From Macrostomum lignano (Eukaryota), in the NCBI GenBank assembly GCA_002269645.1, contig NIVC01002180.1, forward strand, positions 24,451-88,450: 64,000 nt of DNA. The letters are read 5' to 3'. A model generated the notes under the pieces. It had not been told where the DNA came from. It did no database searches and saw nothing but the letters and a program-made list of their open reading frames with translations. Position numbers and translations under genes: made by a program. This document shows, in pieces, positions 13,306 to 26,298 of this stretch; position 1 is the first letter of the stretch, and each line of letters starts with the position of its first letter.

Positions 13306-14491
13306 AGATGCTGCCGCTAATCAAGAGAATAAGCGAACTACCAGCCGAGTGAAACCACATGGAACTGCTGTAGGGCTCGACTACACTAATGGGACAAGCG
13401 CATGTAGATCGTAATCGCCAATCGCATATTGGCCTGCAGTGGCCTGCTGCCAGCTCCCGGTTTTCAAGTTGTCACTGCGAAATCCCCTCTAATGATTGGC
13501 CCCCAACAAGCGGAAATGCCGCCCACAGCTCACAGCTATAATAGCTATAACAATTTGCAACGCGTCTGCCACGGAACTTAGATATCCAATATCCATCCGC
13601 ATACGGATATGAAGTTTTTGGCAGTCCGTAACTACCGCCAATCAGCTCTTCATCTCAGTTTCCTAATCCTCACCACATCTTTCTCTCCTGTGTGCTGAAA
13701 TTTAGCGGCAACAGCAAGACGATGGAGTGTTGTAGTAATTACCGGGTTTTGTGTCAGCCGACAACATCCGGTGACTGTGCGACTACTAGCTGGGCGTTAA
13801 ATGGAAGATGTCTGTCCATACTGTACGTTGGAAGTACGTACAGACTTCCGATGGAGATGGAGGAACGTCTGCAGTGGAAACCGAATTTTATAAGGCTTTT
13901 TTCCTTCAATGCGCTAAAGAGGTGCAAGATTTTAGGAATTGATTGTTCAGTTCGGTGTTCTAATTAGTTTCTCGCTGACAGGAGCTTTGGGCAGCGAGCG
14001 CAGTTGTGCCCATTTTGCTGACTCCTGAGCATACACACGGACACACAGGGTGTACACAACTTCATGGGTTTCATTGTTAAACCTTGTGATTTAAAATTTA
14101 CTTTGTTTGAAAGATCCCCACTCGCACTCCTTGAATAATCTTAGGAATTCAACTCCAGATTCTTAATTCTAGCACTCCACGGTCCAACGAATGAGGGGAT
14201 TAACGATGGGAATATACACCAGCAGACCTGGGATAACGCATGCATGCGGGATTATTATTCGCCGGCGGGAGGAGATGGGGCTGCGGGAAACTGGAGCTGG
14301 AATTTCATTGGCCGCGCGGTCCCCCAACTGTCTAATGAAGCGATTACGCGGGGATGAGGAGCGGCGAGAATACGAATTATAACGGCTAGTGCTAGGTATG
14401 TGGAGACAAGAACGGATCCTGTAAAAATCAGTCCAAGAAACAATTCTATTCATAATTGATAAACAAAGATCGCAAATTACAAAACAGCATC

Positions 14492-17400
14492 ATGGTGTTG
14501 GACTCGGAAATATGCCCCGAGAAGCAGCAGCAGCAGAAAGAGGTAGAAGAGAAGGCGATGGAGCAGCAGCAGAAACGACAGGCAACTTACACTCGATTTC
14601 TAATTGAAGAGATACTCAAGCCAGAGTTCGGTAGGCCGCCGCCTGCTCATCTGCATCATCAGCTGCCGACTGTAGTGGGGAAGCTGCAACAGCAGGCTGC
14701 AGCCGAGGACAAGGCCAGTCTGTGGCCTGCTTGGATCTACTGCACCCGCTACTCGGACAGGCCGTCATCTGGTGAGCATGGGGGACACTGAGGGACATGT
14801 TGGAGATAGCGGTGACACTGAGGGACATGTTGGAGATAGCGGTGACACTGAGGGACATGTTGGAGATAGCGGTGACACTGAGGGACCTGTTGGAGATATA
14901 GCGGTGACACTGAGGGACCTGTTGGAGATATAGCGGTGACACTGAGGGACATGTTGGAGATATAACGGTGACACTGAGGGACCTGTTGGAGATATAACGG
15001 TGACACTGAGGGACCTGTTGGAGATATAACGGTGACACTGAGGGACCTGTTGGAGATATAGCGGTGACACTGAGGGACCTGTTGGAGATATAGCGGTGAC
15101 ACTGAGGGACCTGTTGGAGATAGATATAACGGTGACACTCAGGGACCAGTTGGAGATATAACGGTGACACTGAGGGACCTGTTGGAGATATAACGGTGAC
15201 ACTGAGGGACCTGTTGGAGATATAACGGTGACACTGAGGGACCTGTTGGAGATATAACGGTGACACTGAGGGACCTGTTGGAGATATAGCGGTGACACTG
15301 AGGGACCTGTTGGAGATATAGCGGTGACACTGAGGGACCTGTTGGAGATATAGCGGTGACACTGAGGGACCTGTTGGAGATATATCGGTGACACTGAGGG
15401 ACCTGTTGGAGATATAACGGTGACACTGAGGGACCTGTTGGAGATATAGCGGTGACACTGAGGGACCTGTTGGAGATATAGCGGTGACACTGAGGGACCT
15501 GTTGGAGATATATCGGTGACACTGAGGGACCTGTTGGAGATATAGCGGTGACACTGAGGGACCTGTTGGAGATATAACGGTGACACTGAGGGACCTGTTG
15601 GAGATATAGCGGTGACACTGAGGGACCTGTTGGAGATATAGCGATGACACTGAGGGACCTGTTGGAGATATAGCGGTGACACTGAGGGACCTGTTGGAGA
15701 TATAGCGGTGACACTGAGGGACCTGTTGGGGATATAGCGGTGACACTGAGGGACCTGTTGGAGATATAGCGGTGACACTGAGGGACCTGTTGGGGATATA
15801 GCGGTGACACTGAGGGACCTGTTGGAGATATAGCGGTGACACTGAGGGACCTGTTGGAGATATAACGGTGACACTGAGGGACCTGTTAGAGATATAGCGG
15901 TGACACTGAGGGACCTGTTGGAGATATAACGGTGACACTGAGGGACCTGTTGGAGATATATCGGTGACACTGAGGGACCTGTTGGAGATATAGCGGTGAC
16001 ACTGAGGGACCTGTTGGAGATATAACGGTGACACTGAGGGACCTGTTGGAGATATAGCGGTGACACTGAGGGACCTGTTGGAGATATAGCGGTGACACTG
16101 AGGGACCTGTTGGAGATATAGCGGTGACACTGAGGGACCTGTTGGGGATATAGCGGTGACACTGAGGGACCTGTTGGAGATATAGCGGTGACACTGAGGG
16201 ACCTGTTGGAGATATAGCGGTGACACTGAGGGACCTGTTGGAGATATAGCGGTGACACTGAGGGACCTGTTGGAGATATAGCGGTGACACTGAGGGACCT
16301 GTTGGGGATATAGCGGTGACACTGAGGGACCTGTTGGAGATATAGCGGTGACACTGAGGGACCTGTTGGAGATATATCGGTGACACTGAGGGACCTGTTG
16401 GAGATATAACGGTGACACTGAGGGACCTGTTGGAGAACGGTGACACTGAGGGACCTGTTGGAGATAGAACGGTGACACTGAGGGACCTGTTGGAGATATA
16501 ACGGTGACACTGAGGGACCTGTTGGAGATATAGCGGTGACTCTGAGGGACCTGTTGGAGATATAACGGTGACACTGAGGGACCTGTTGGAGATATAGCGG
16601 TGACACTGAGGGACCTGTTGGAGATATAACGGTGACACTGAGGGACCTGTTGGAGAACGGTGACACTGAGGGACCTGTTGGAGATATAGCGGTGACACTG
16701 AGGGACCTGTTGGAGATATAGCGGTGACACTGAGGGACCTGTTGGAGAACGGTGACACTGAGGGACCTGTTGGAGATATAACGGTGACACTGAGGGACCT
16801 GTTGGAGATATAACGGTGACACTGAGGGACCTGTTGGAGATATAGCGGTGACACTGAGGGACCTGTTGGAGATATAACGGTGACACTGAGGGACCTGTTG
16901 GAGATATATCGGTGACACTGAGGGACCTGTTGGAGAACGGTGACACTGAGGGACCTGTTGGAGATAGAACGGTGACACTGAGGGACCTGTTGGGGATATA
17001 GCGGTGACACTGAGGGACCTGTTGGGGATATAGCGGTGACACTGAGGGACCTGTTGGGGATATAGCGGTGACACTGAGGGACCTGTTGGGGATATAGCGG
17101 TGACACTGAGGGACCTGTTGGGGATATAGCGGTGACACTGAGGGACCTGTTGGGGATATAGCGGTGACACTGAGGGACCTGTTGGGGATATAGCGGTGAC
17201 ACTGAGGGACCTGTTGGGGATATAGCGGTGACACTGAGGGACCTGTTGGGGATATAGCGGTGACACTGAGGGACCTGTTGGGGATATAGCGGTGACACTG
17301 AGGGACCTGTTGGGGATATAGCGGTGACACTGAACTGACACAAAGTGACGCAAAGAGTCTAATTGCCGATTAAAAAAGTAAATTGCTATTAATAGTAAAA

Positions 17401-20248
17401 TGACAAAGAAAAATTTGCCTCAAATCAAAGCCGACTTTAATGATTCATTTTTTCCCGATAGTCTCTTTTAATTTCTCGAAGCTATAAAGACTATCTATAA
17501 TGAGTTATTATCGCTTTAATCCGCGCCTCCCATGGCAGCAATTCATCATCATCAGTGCCAAGCCGATCATTATTATAGATCGATCCCTCAATATATTTCC
17601 ACACCCAAGACTCCTACAGGGGCTGAGCAGCCTTATCAGTGTTTCGATGATGATGCCAAGAGGGATGCTGCTGACTTCCTCAGCTCTTTTTTCTGATTCA
17701 TTAACGCCTCACCAAACTTGATGCCATGAGGCGGTTAGAGGCTCTGTCTATCACCTCATTAAGGTCTCTCTGCATGCAGTGATACGAGGGCGGGGGAATT
17801 CTCAGAGGGTGAACGGCTTATCTGCCAAATCCCGATGATGGATGCTGATGGGATAAGTGAGTTAAAAAAATCGCCTCAGCGAGAGCGCCTGGAAGAAACT
17901 CTTTGAAGTTGAGTGAGCAGCGACCTTCTCGAGTAGAGGCTCAAAAATGAGAGGAGGAGTGGGCGGGGTCGCCTGATTGAGTGGGGGTGGGGTGCCCCGA
18001 TCTTCTGGCTATAATATTTTTCTGTTCGAAATATCCCTTTTTATCTAAATTGAATCGGCCGAATGGGGATCCTGCACCATCGCACACCTGTCTGCCCTTC
18101 AGCGCTGCTTTAATTATCCTCCTCCCAAAAAACCGCTGATTGCTAATAAGGAGAATCTCCCAAGGGTTTATCTTGATTTGCCACTCGAATCTGCTGTGTC
18201 GATATTTTTTCGAGCCATCAAACTCCTCATTGATGATGTTTTTTAATTAGCCAACAATTGCTGATTATAAATTCTTCCCAGCGACTAAATTGTTCCCATG
18301 GGAACTCATCGGTTTAAACCACAGGTTCTATATTATCTAGATGTTGTCACTCCTGCAGCATTCGCTAATGCATTTAGCGGCCCTCTCCGAGGTCCCGAAA
18401 ACCCCGGGGTTTGGGCCACAGACACCTGCTGCTGCTGCTAATGCTTGAGAGCAGCAGAAGCTACAGTCTATGGTCTGAACCCCCGGGGGTTTTCGCGCTG
18501 CGAGTGGCCCCATCTAGGAGTATATAGAAAATCGAGTGCAGAGCGTCCTGCATCCAGCTCATTTCTAAGAAAATCGAGTGTAGAGCGTCATTCTGCATCC
18601 AGCTCATTTCTAAGAAAATCGAGTGCAGAGCGTTCTTCTGCATCCAGCTCATTTCTAAGAAAATCGAGTGCAGAGCGTCCTTCTGCATCCAGCTCATTTC
18701 TAAGAAAATCGAGTGCAGAGCGTTCTTCTGCATCTAGCTTATTTCTAAGAAAATCGAGTGTAGAGCGTCATTCTGCATCCAGCTCATTTATAAGAAAATC
18801 GAGTGCAGAGCGTCATTCTGCATCCAGCTCATTTCTAAGAAAATCTATTGTATCGATTGCATCAATCAAAACTTCTAAAGAAAAAATTCCGAGAGCTACT
18901 AGCTAGATAGAAATCAAACTAACTCAAATAGCAAGTTGACCAGGTGTGCTGCACTGTTACTGCATTCCAATCCTGCTGCTACCATATCACAGAAAGGGCA
19001 ACTCCAGATCAGGCTGGACACTCCAGTGCGCATCAAACTTACAACAATATAAATTATCCCATTAAAACGTCATGCTGTCACACGCCCATCCGGCAGGTCC
19101 TCGAGTCCGTAAGTTCCGCCGACGTAGCCGCAAGGACAACGAAAAAAGGCCAAGGACGTCATTCTCTGGCGAGCAGCTCAAACGGCTCAAGCAGGAGTTC
19201 GAAGAGAATAGGTTGGTTGCTATGCAGATTCGCTGAGCTTGCAAATCGAGAAAAATTTTTTCTGGAATATGGTTTTCACCGTATAAAATGCATTGGCGAG
19301 ATGGGATTTTTTAGATTTTTTCTGGGTTTTCGAATTCCAAATGAAGCAAGTGTGCGTTTTTGTGTATTTTTCCGGCGCGGATTAATCTATGGCAAAACCC
19401 CAGTCAGCGCCACGCAAAAAAGCAAATCTTTGCCAGAAGCAGAGCTTGCGAAAGCTATTCATAACTTAACCACTTTTATTGTATCCTATATAGGCGTAGG
19501 GCAGTAGCCTAGTGGTCAAGCGCGGCGTTCTTATGTTTCAGCGGCCCAGGCTCGATTCCAAGTGCAGTCACATTTGAATCTCGGCTAGGGTCTTGCCGTA
19601 AAATTAACGCCCTTGAGGGCCAACCCCCAAGGCACAGTGAAGTGTACATGCCTAACGATAAATACAGTTAGGGCCGCTGTACACTCCTGTGTGAGTGTGT
19701 GCCTGTGCGTATGATTGCGTACGTGTCCGCGCGCTTGTGTGCCTGCTCAGGGGAGTCGGTGGAATGGACACCAATGCCTCTCGCCGGTTGTGTGGCAATG
19801 TCGGTTAAAGTGCACCAGGGTGCACACTGCCCCTGCCTCTGATAAAAATTGTACCCTATTTTGCAACTTGAGCCCTACTACGAGCACCCCATTGCCGACC
19901 ATCCCACCCGCCTCCGCAGGTATCTCACAGAAGAGCGGCGACTCTCTCTGGCCAAGGAGCTGCAGCTGAACGAGTCGCAGGTGAAAATCTGGTTCCAAAA
20001 TAAGCGAGCGAAGGCTAAAAAGGTGAGTTGTTTTAATGCGTGTCAGCTTTTTTGCAGATATGCCAGGTTGCCTGCAGCCCTCTTGCGAATATTTATAAGA
20101 CTAACCTAGCTTATAGTGCCCACTGTACACCTGACCGCAGGGCCACGGCTTCAAGAACCCGCTCGCGCTGCACCTGATGTCCCAGGGGTTGTACAATCAC
20201 TCCGTGCGACTGCGGACAGACTCGGACAGCGATCGGGATGGCATCTGA
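14492..20248 (+). CDS. en: Engrailed-class homeobox protein, about 201 aa; exons 14492-14771, 19097-19211, 19920-20022, 20141-20248
   Basis: All engrailed boxes are present in order: EH1 [14 protein letters not shown]; EH2 [18 protein letters not shown]|PR; homeodomain [24 protein letters not shown]|[34 protein letters not shown]; EH5 [20 protein letters not shown] introns in phases 1, 2 and 0 join into one frame of 606 nt. Confidence 0.97.
14771..17331. repeat. Minisatellite, 32-bp unit GCGGTGACACTGAGGGACCTGTTGGAGATATA, about 80 copies (engrailed intron 1)
   Basis: Direct tandem periodicity, starting at the exon 1 donor. Confidence 0.98.
18524..18845. repeat. Minisatellite, 45-bp unit (GAAAATCGAGTGCAGAGCGT..TTCTGCATCCAGCTCATTTCTAA), about 7 copies (engrailed intron 1)
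   Basis: Direct tandem periodicity. Confidence 0.92.
19499..19848 (+). mobile_element. tRNA-derived SINE, copy 2, inside engrailed intron 2 (the homeobox intron)
   Basis: It has an A box TAGCCTAGTGG and a B box GGCTCGATTCC at tRNA-like spacing, is collinear with 859-1157, and ends in GATAAAAA. Confidence 0.8.
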
Positions 20249-21299
20249 CTCAAAAGCTGGCCGGGACACTAAACTTCTTATGACTACTTAGTGGTTTAGA
20301 ATTTTTGTACTGTTTACTCACGTGTGTAACATGGTAGTAAAAGGATTGTGATTCAGCGCTCAGAGACCGCGGAATAGAGGGGGGGGCAGAGGGGGCAGCT
20401 GCCCTCTCACCTAGCATTGAGATGACATGGGTGGGGCACAGATACAGCAGGCTAAAAATATAAATGGCAAGTTTGGCTAATACTCGTAGAATAGTCAGAG
20501 GATGCCGATAAGCACTTGAGGATTTTTTACCATAGACACACTAATAGCAGTGCAGTAGACCATAGACCATATACTTTCGACCATAGACTATTTTATTCTT
20601 GAATGAATCAAACTAACCGCTAAGTGTCTGAAAAAAGGATTTTCGCTAGTTGTCTATGGCCAGATAAATAATCCTGCTCATGGCTGCGGCCCAGGTGAGG
20701 GAGGAGAATTTAAAAGAGATGAGAGGGAGAGTGGTGAGAGAAGAGAGCTGAGAAGATACAAATGCTCACAGAAGATTCAAAGAACCCCCGAGGGCCGGAT
20801 AGAGAGGGTTGGTGGTCGGAAAGCACAATCCTATTAAATACCTATAGATACTAATATAGATATCCACTTTCACGTTCGTGTTAACTAACAAGCGAAATAA
20901 ATCAATTTTCAGTTTTTCTTCGAACTTAACAAGATTATATCGTCTTATGATTGATTGATCTGTAACCTACAATAGAGTTAGTTTTTTTTAAACCTACGGA
21001 ATATACTTTTACATTCAAACCCCGCATCCTTGCCTCTTATATTAAGCATGACTAACTGTACATATATAATTGCAATTAAAATAATAATTCATATTTACTA
21101 TTACTGTCTTGGCAATCTGTATAGTTGCAATCTTAAAAGCTTTGTCTATTAATAAATTTTGCTTTCTAAAGCAAGTTTTATAATGAATTGCACAGGGCCT
21201 GTACAGAAAGTTTGTTTTTTAAATCAAACCACGAATTGTCACAATGTGACACTTGGTCAACAAGTAGCAAATTAATTTTTTTTACAGAGAGAGGCTTCT

Positions 21300-21563
21300 T
21301 TGGGGGGGGGGAAGCGGAGTTGTGGGGGAAGGCAGCGGAGTTGTGGGGGGGGGGTAACGAAGTTGTGGGGGGAGACAGCGGAGTTGTGGGGGAGGTAGCG
21401 AAGTTATAGGGGGGAGACAGCGGAGTTGTGGGGGTAGGTAGCGAAGTTATAGGGGGGAGACAGCGGAGTTGTGGGAGAGGCAGCGGAGTTGTGGGGGGAG
21501 GTAGCGAAGTTATAGGGGGAGGCAGCGGAGTTGTGGGGGGAGACAGCGGAGTTGTGGGGGGAG
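21300..21563. repeat. G-rich minisatellite, about 20-bp units (CAGCGGAGTTGTGGGGGGAG / TAGCGAAGTTATAGGGGGGAG)
   Basis: Direct periodicity; the G-runs give G-quadruplex potential on the + strand. Confidence 0.88.
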
Positions 21564-22050
21564 GCACGGCAGACATAAAAAAGATGAAGAATACAATGAT
21601 GATAGGAATTAGACATTTTCCACGGCAAAGTACGATCTAAAATGCGGTGCAAATCAGTATCGGGGATAGATTTGTATTTGCTGCAATGATTGATGCAGAG
21701 CTGTAGTTCCGTTTAGAAACAAAAAACTACACAAGGCTAGGGGGAGGTGAAGAGAGTTAGAAAATTGGCATGCGCTAGCGCAACTCCAGCAGCGCAGCAG
21801 TGCGATTGTGACTTGCCAGCCATTCAGTCAGCTGTGTGCTAAGTGAGACTTCGACACGCCGGCAGGGGGGTTGGCGGTGGTGCTGTCGGTTCGGTGGTGT
21901 AATAAATCATTCTCTCTGCACTGTTTCAGTCGCGTACCGCGAAACTAGGACGAGACTTGTTGTTCAACTAGTGATTTTTGAAGCCGCTGGTGTTGAAAAT
22001 TGGCAGCTTAGAACTTGTGTGGTGCCCCAGGCAGACTTATGATTATCAAA

Positions 22051-22537
22051 GGAGAGGAGATAGCTGAGGAGAGAAGATAGCTGAGGAGTGGAGATAGCTG
22101 AGGAGAGGAGATAGCTGAGGAGAGGAGATAGCTGAGGAGTGGAGATAGCTGAGGAGTGGAGATAGCTGAGGAGTGGAGATAGCTGAGGAGAGGAGATAGC
22201 TGAGGAGAGGAGATAGCTGAGGAGTGGAGATAGCTGAGGAGAGGAGATAGCTGAGGAGAGGAGATAGCTGAGGAGAGGAGATAGCTGAGGAGTGGAGATA
22301 GCTGAGGAGAGGAGATAGCTGAGGAGTGGAGATAGCTGAGGAGAGGAGATAGCTGAGGAGTGGAGATAGCTGAGGAGTGGAGATAGCTGAGGTGTGGAGA
22401 TAGCTGAGGAGAGGAGATAGCTGAGGAGAGGAGATAGCTGAGGAGTGGAGATAGCTGAGGAGAGGAGATAGCTGAGGAGTGGAGATAGCTGAGGAGAGGA
22501 GATAGGTGAGTGGAGATAGCTGAAGAGCGGAGATAGC
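22051..22537. repeat. Minisatellite, 17-bp unit GATAGCTGAGGAG(A/T)GGA, about 29 copies
   Basis: Direct tandem periodicity. Confidence 0.95.
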
Positions 22538-23673
22538 ATAAAATGCAGATTTACTCGAACTTCGAATTCGAAGTTAGAACTTCATCTGCAGCTCTCATAA
22601 TAACCACTTTTTTTTGTCTCAGATGTTTAGTTTAACGTCGCCAGTTTAGCGGAGACTGAATAAATTTTAACGACACAACAGCCGAACACAAGCATGGAGA
22701 CAGATTAGCATCGGCATCAGCCACCAAGATCTCCACTTATTATCCCGTGTAGGGTTCCCATCTTAAATTAGCCTGGCTTAGCTCTCCATGTGCGTTGCCA
22801 AGCGACCAAGCAAATAGGCGAGGCGCAGCGCCAGCTGAAGCCTTTGCTGACGAATTATTTTGGCCTGCCCTCCATTCCACTATGACGGACGGGCGCCCTT
22901 GAAGTAACGTCAGCTGGCGCGGGGTGGGCCCGGGGGTGGCTCAAACTCATTAGTGACTGATTTACGCGGCGCCCAGCCAGGTAGACAGGGCCAACTGGAA
23001 TCGCCGCCTCGCCCTACCTTCTCTTTCTAATTTTTTAGTTCGGTCTTCCGAGCTTAAGCCCCGATTCTAATAATTATTCCGTCCAGTGTTTGTTTGATTG
23101 CGGGGGCCGCTCGGGGTCGAGAGGATGCGCCGTCCCTGTCACTATCAATTACAGGCGAGGCCGGGGGGGGGGGGCAACTGCAGCTGTCTCTCTCTCTGTG
23201 TGTCTGCAGATCGCCGCGTGAAAGTTAATTGCGCCACATATTTGCATTTGTTTTAGCCCCCCCCCCCCAACAGTAGCGTACCAAAATTCAGGCTTGAAAA
23301 GGCAAATAATTAACTTTTCCAAGCGCTTGTCCGTCTTTGTTTTGCTGCGCTTGAAGCGTGTTTTTGTCGCCTTTGTCAGGCTGTCGCTGCGGTGTGTGTG
23401 TTTCAAATTTTTGTTACCGCCAACGCCTCTCCCCGTGTGCCAGTTGTTCCAGTTGATGAAACTTGCACAAAAGCTGTCCCTATCCGCGTGTCAGACGCTG
23501 GCTTGACGCGCCCTAGTGACCATAAATATTATATTCATAGAGATGGCGGGTTGTTGCCTTTAAGGAAAGTATATTATTATACAATTGCAATGATTGCCAC
23601 ATTAATAGAGTACAATACTGGGACATTCATTATTTGAAATCCCAAGCTGAGGCAATTTAAACCATATAGCTCC

Positions 23674-24018
23674 CTATGGATGAGGCATCTAACATCTCTA
23701 AAGATGAGGCATCTGACATCCCTATAGATGAGGCATCTGACATCCCTAAAGATGAGGCATCTGACATCCCTATAGACGAGGCATTTGACATCCCTATAGA
23801 CGAGGCATTTGACATCCATATAGATGAGACATTTGACATCCCTATAGATGGGGAATCTAACATCTCTATAGATGAGGCATCTGACATCCATTTAGATGAG
23901 GCATCTGACATCTCTATAGATGAGGCATCTGACATCCATTTAGATGAGGCATCTGACATCTCTATAGATGAGGCATCTGACATCTCTATAGATGAGGCAT
24001 CTGACATCCATATAGATG
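23674..24018. repeat. Minisatellite, 24-bp unit CTATAGATGAGGCATCTGACATCC, about 14 copies
   Basis: Direct tandem periodicity. Confidence 0.93.
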
Positions 24019-24673
24019 CGGAATCTGAAATCCCTTAGATCTATTAGATCTGCATGGCTCGGACTCCACAAGCTTAGAAGTTGTTAACCCTAACGGCCAG
24101 TATATGAATAGCAAATCAATGCAGTTTGAAAAAGCAACCGAAAATTTCTCGCAACTCTTCATTTCGTCAAACAGCTTCCTGAAAAATATGGGGAAAGCAG
24201 ACGGGGGGATGCGTAGAATTATGTTATCCGCTTCCGACGTCCCGGCTGAGCTGGGAGAGCGGGAATCAGGGACTCCGACCGCAAGCCCCGGAAGTGGGAG
24301 CTTGTGAAATTGTTTTCCCCCAGAATCCCAAATCAATGCTATCCAACATCGCCTCACACTCACACCCCCTCTCCCTCACTCGGCTGTCCCAGATTTTGGA
24401 CTCGAGTCTGAGCACTGCGGGATAATGGGGCCAATTATTGTGCCAAGTGCAGGAAGAGAGTTAAGCCTAGTATAGAATCCTCTCGGTTTTAGCGCTAATT
24501 TCGACTGCTAGTGAAATAATCAGCCGCGCAACCCGTGGGAGAGGAAATCTAAATGACTTTGTTCTGGCGATGGAGCTGAGTTGGCTCGCTTGCGGCTGAC
24601 CAAACTAATAAGGGGCTCAGTGCATCCAAGGCAGTTTTAGTGAACTAATCACTAGACTAATGGAAGGGTGGAT

Positions 24674-25295
24674 GGATCTATAGACGGAATTAAAGCATCT
24701 ATAGACAAAAATAAGTGACAGATCTGAGGATCTATAGACGAAAATAAGTGACAGATCTGAGGATCTATAGACGAAAATAAGTGACAGATCTAAGTATCTG
24801 TAGACAAAAATGTGACGGATCTAAGTATCTGTAGACAAAAATGTGACAGATCTAAGGATCTATAGACGACAGATCTGAGGATCCATAGACGGAAATAAGT
24901 GAGATCTGAGGATCTATAAACAGAAATAAGGACAGATCTAAGTATCTGTAGACGAAAATAAGTGACAGATCTAAGGATCTATAGACGAAAATAAGTGACA
25001 GACCTGAGGATCTGTAGACGGAAATAAGTGACAGATCTGAGGATCTATAAACGAAAATAAGTGACAGATCTGAGGATCTATAGACAGAAATAAGTGACAG
25101 ATCTAAGGATCTATAGACAGAAATAAGTGACAGATCTAAGGGTCTATAGACGAAAATAAGTGTGACAGACCTGAGGATCTATAGACGAAAATAAGTGTGA
25201 CAGACCTGAGGATCTATAGACGAAAATAAGTGACAGATCTGAGGAACTATAGACGGAAAGAAGTGACAGATCTAAAGATCTATAGACAGAAATAA
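24674..25295. repeat. Minisatellite, about 33-bp unit GATCTATAGACGAAAATAAGTGACAGATCTGAG, about 19 copies
   Basis: Direct tandem periodicity. Confidence 0.93.
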
Positions 25296-26298
25296 GTACC
25301 AGATAAAAAAAGAAAAGAAACAGGTTACTCATAAAACAGAATTTTAGCAGCTTTAGAAAAGCATCAGCAACCAAGATTGAAGTGGACAAACAATTAAAAA
25401 ATGAGCAGTCTTGCACAAATTTCAGATCAGTGTATATTTATTTAAAAGTTAATCAATATGTATACATACGCCTTCTAAATCAGTAAAATGTTCAGCATCA
25501 ACTACTGGGTGCAAAAGTAGGCACTTTCGTTTGTACGATGAGTATTTATAAATTCATACAGGGCTGTATAAGGGTGTTATAGCCAACAGGTCAATGAGTA
25601 AATACATATAATTATTGTTTTTAAAAGTCGAAAAAAACAAATGTAAGGCAAATTGAGAGTTCAGAACCAGATCAAACGGAGAGAGTGTGGCAGACACAAA
25701 ATGCTCAAAAAACAAGTGTAACACACAAGATGTCGCAAAGTTTCTTTCTAAAGCTAATCTTTAAGAAAGCTTGAAAACTTAAACATTAGCACTTTAGGTG
25801 GCTAACGAAGAAAGTAGATTCAAAGAACTACATATTACTGTTAGTAGAGTATTGCTAAAAAAGAGTCTTGAAGATCAGGTTGATGTCAGATTTTAAACGC
25901 TATATAGACCGAATCAATTATATTTTTTTAAATAAGTTTTTTTGTACAGAATTCATAATTAATATTTAAAATTCAAATAAATAAACTGTACATGAGAATT
26001 TTCTTAGATATGGCGCAATCGCGAGTTCGCATGCATTAGATTAAATATATATTACATAAGGCAGCGTATTGCACGCCAAAATCGGGTGCCAGCAAATCCG
26101 ATGCCTGCTGCTACTATGAGTAGAAAACTTGAAAAAAAACAACCAGGATGCAGGATAACTTTTTGTTGAACGTTTCTTTGAAAAAAGGACAAAAAATAAC
26201 AAAAACAGACCTCAAATTTGATTGGAGGATAATTGGAAAAATGAATTCGCACCCAGTTAAATGTATGACCCAATTGCACCATATACTAATAGTTAACC

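Noticed and set aside
14616-17353. 904-, 862- and 485-aa antisense ORFs in engrailed intron 1
   Set aside because: The minus strand of the 32-bp unit contains no TAA, TAG or TGA, so all frames are open by construction. The ORFs lie antisense within an intron of a well-supported gene.
19499-19575. tRNA gene
   Set aside because: The A and B boxes are present, but there is no acceptor or anticodon stem or poly-T terminator, and it continues into a repeat body, so it was called a SINE head.
19600-19700. Possible HDV-like ribozyme in the SINE (GGGCCAAC after a hairpin)
   Set aside because: I could not build the nested P1/P1.1/P2/P3 pseudoknot, and the needed upstream segment is missing in copy 1.
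20360-20660. hAT-like end (GGGGGCAGAGGGGGCAGCTGCCC) and a short CCATAGACA...TGTCTATGG inverted pair
   Set aside because: There is no matching second terminus or TSD, so the evidence is too thin to call an element.
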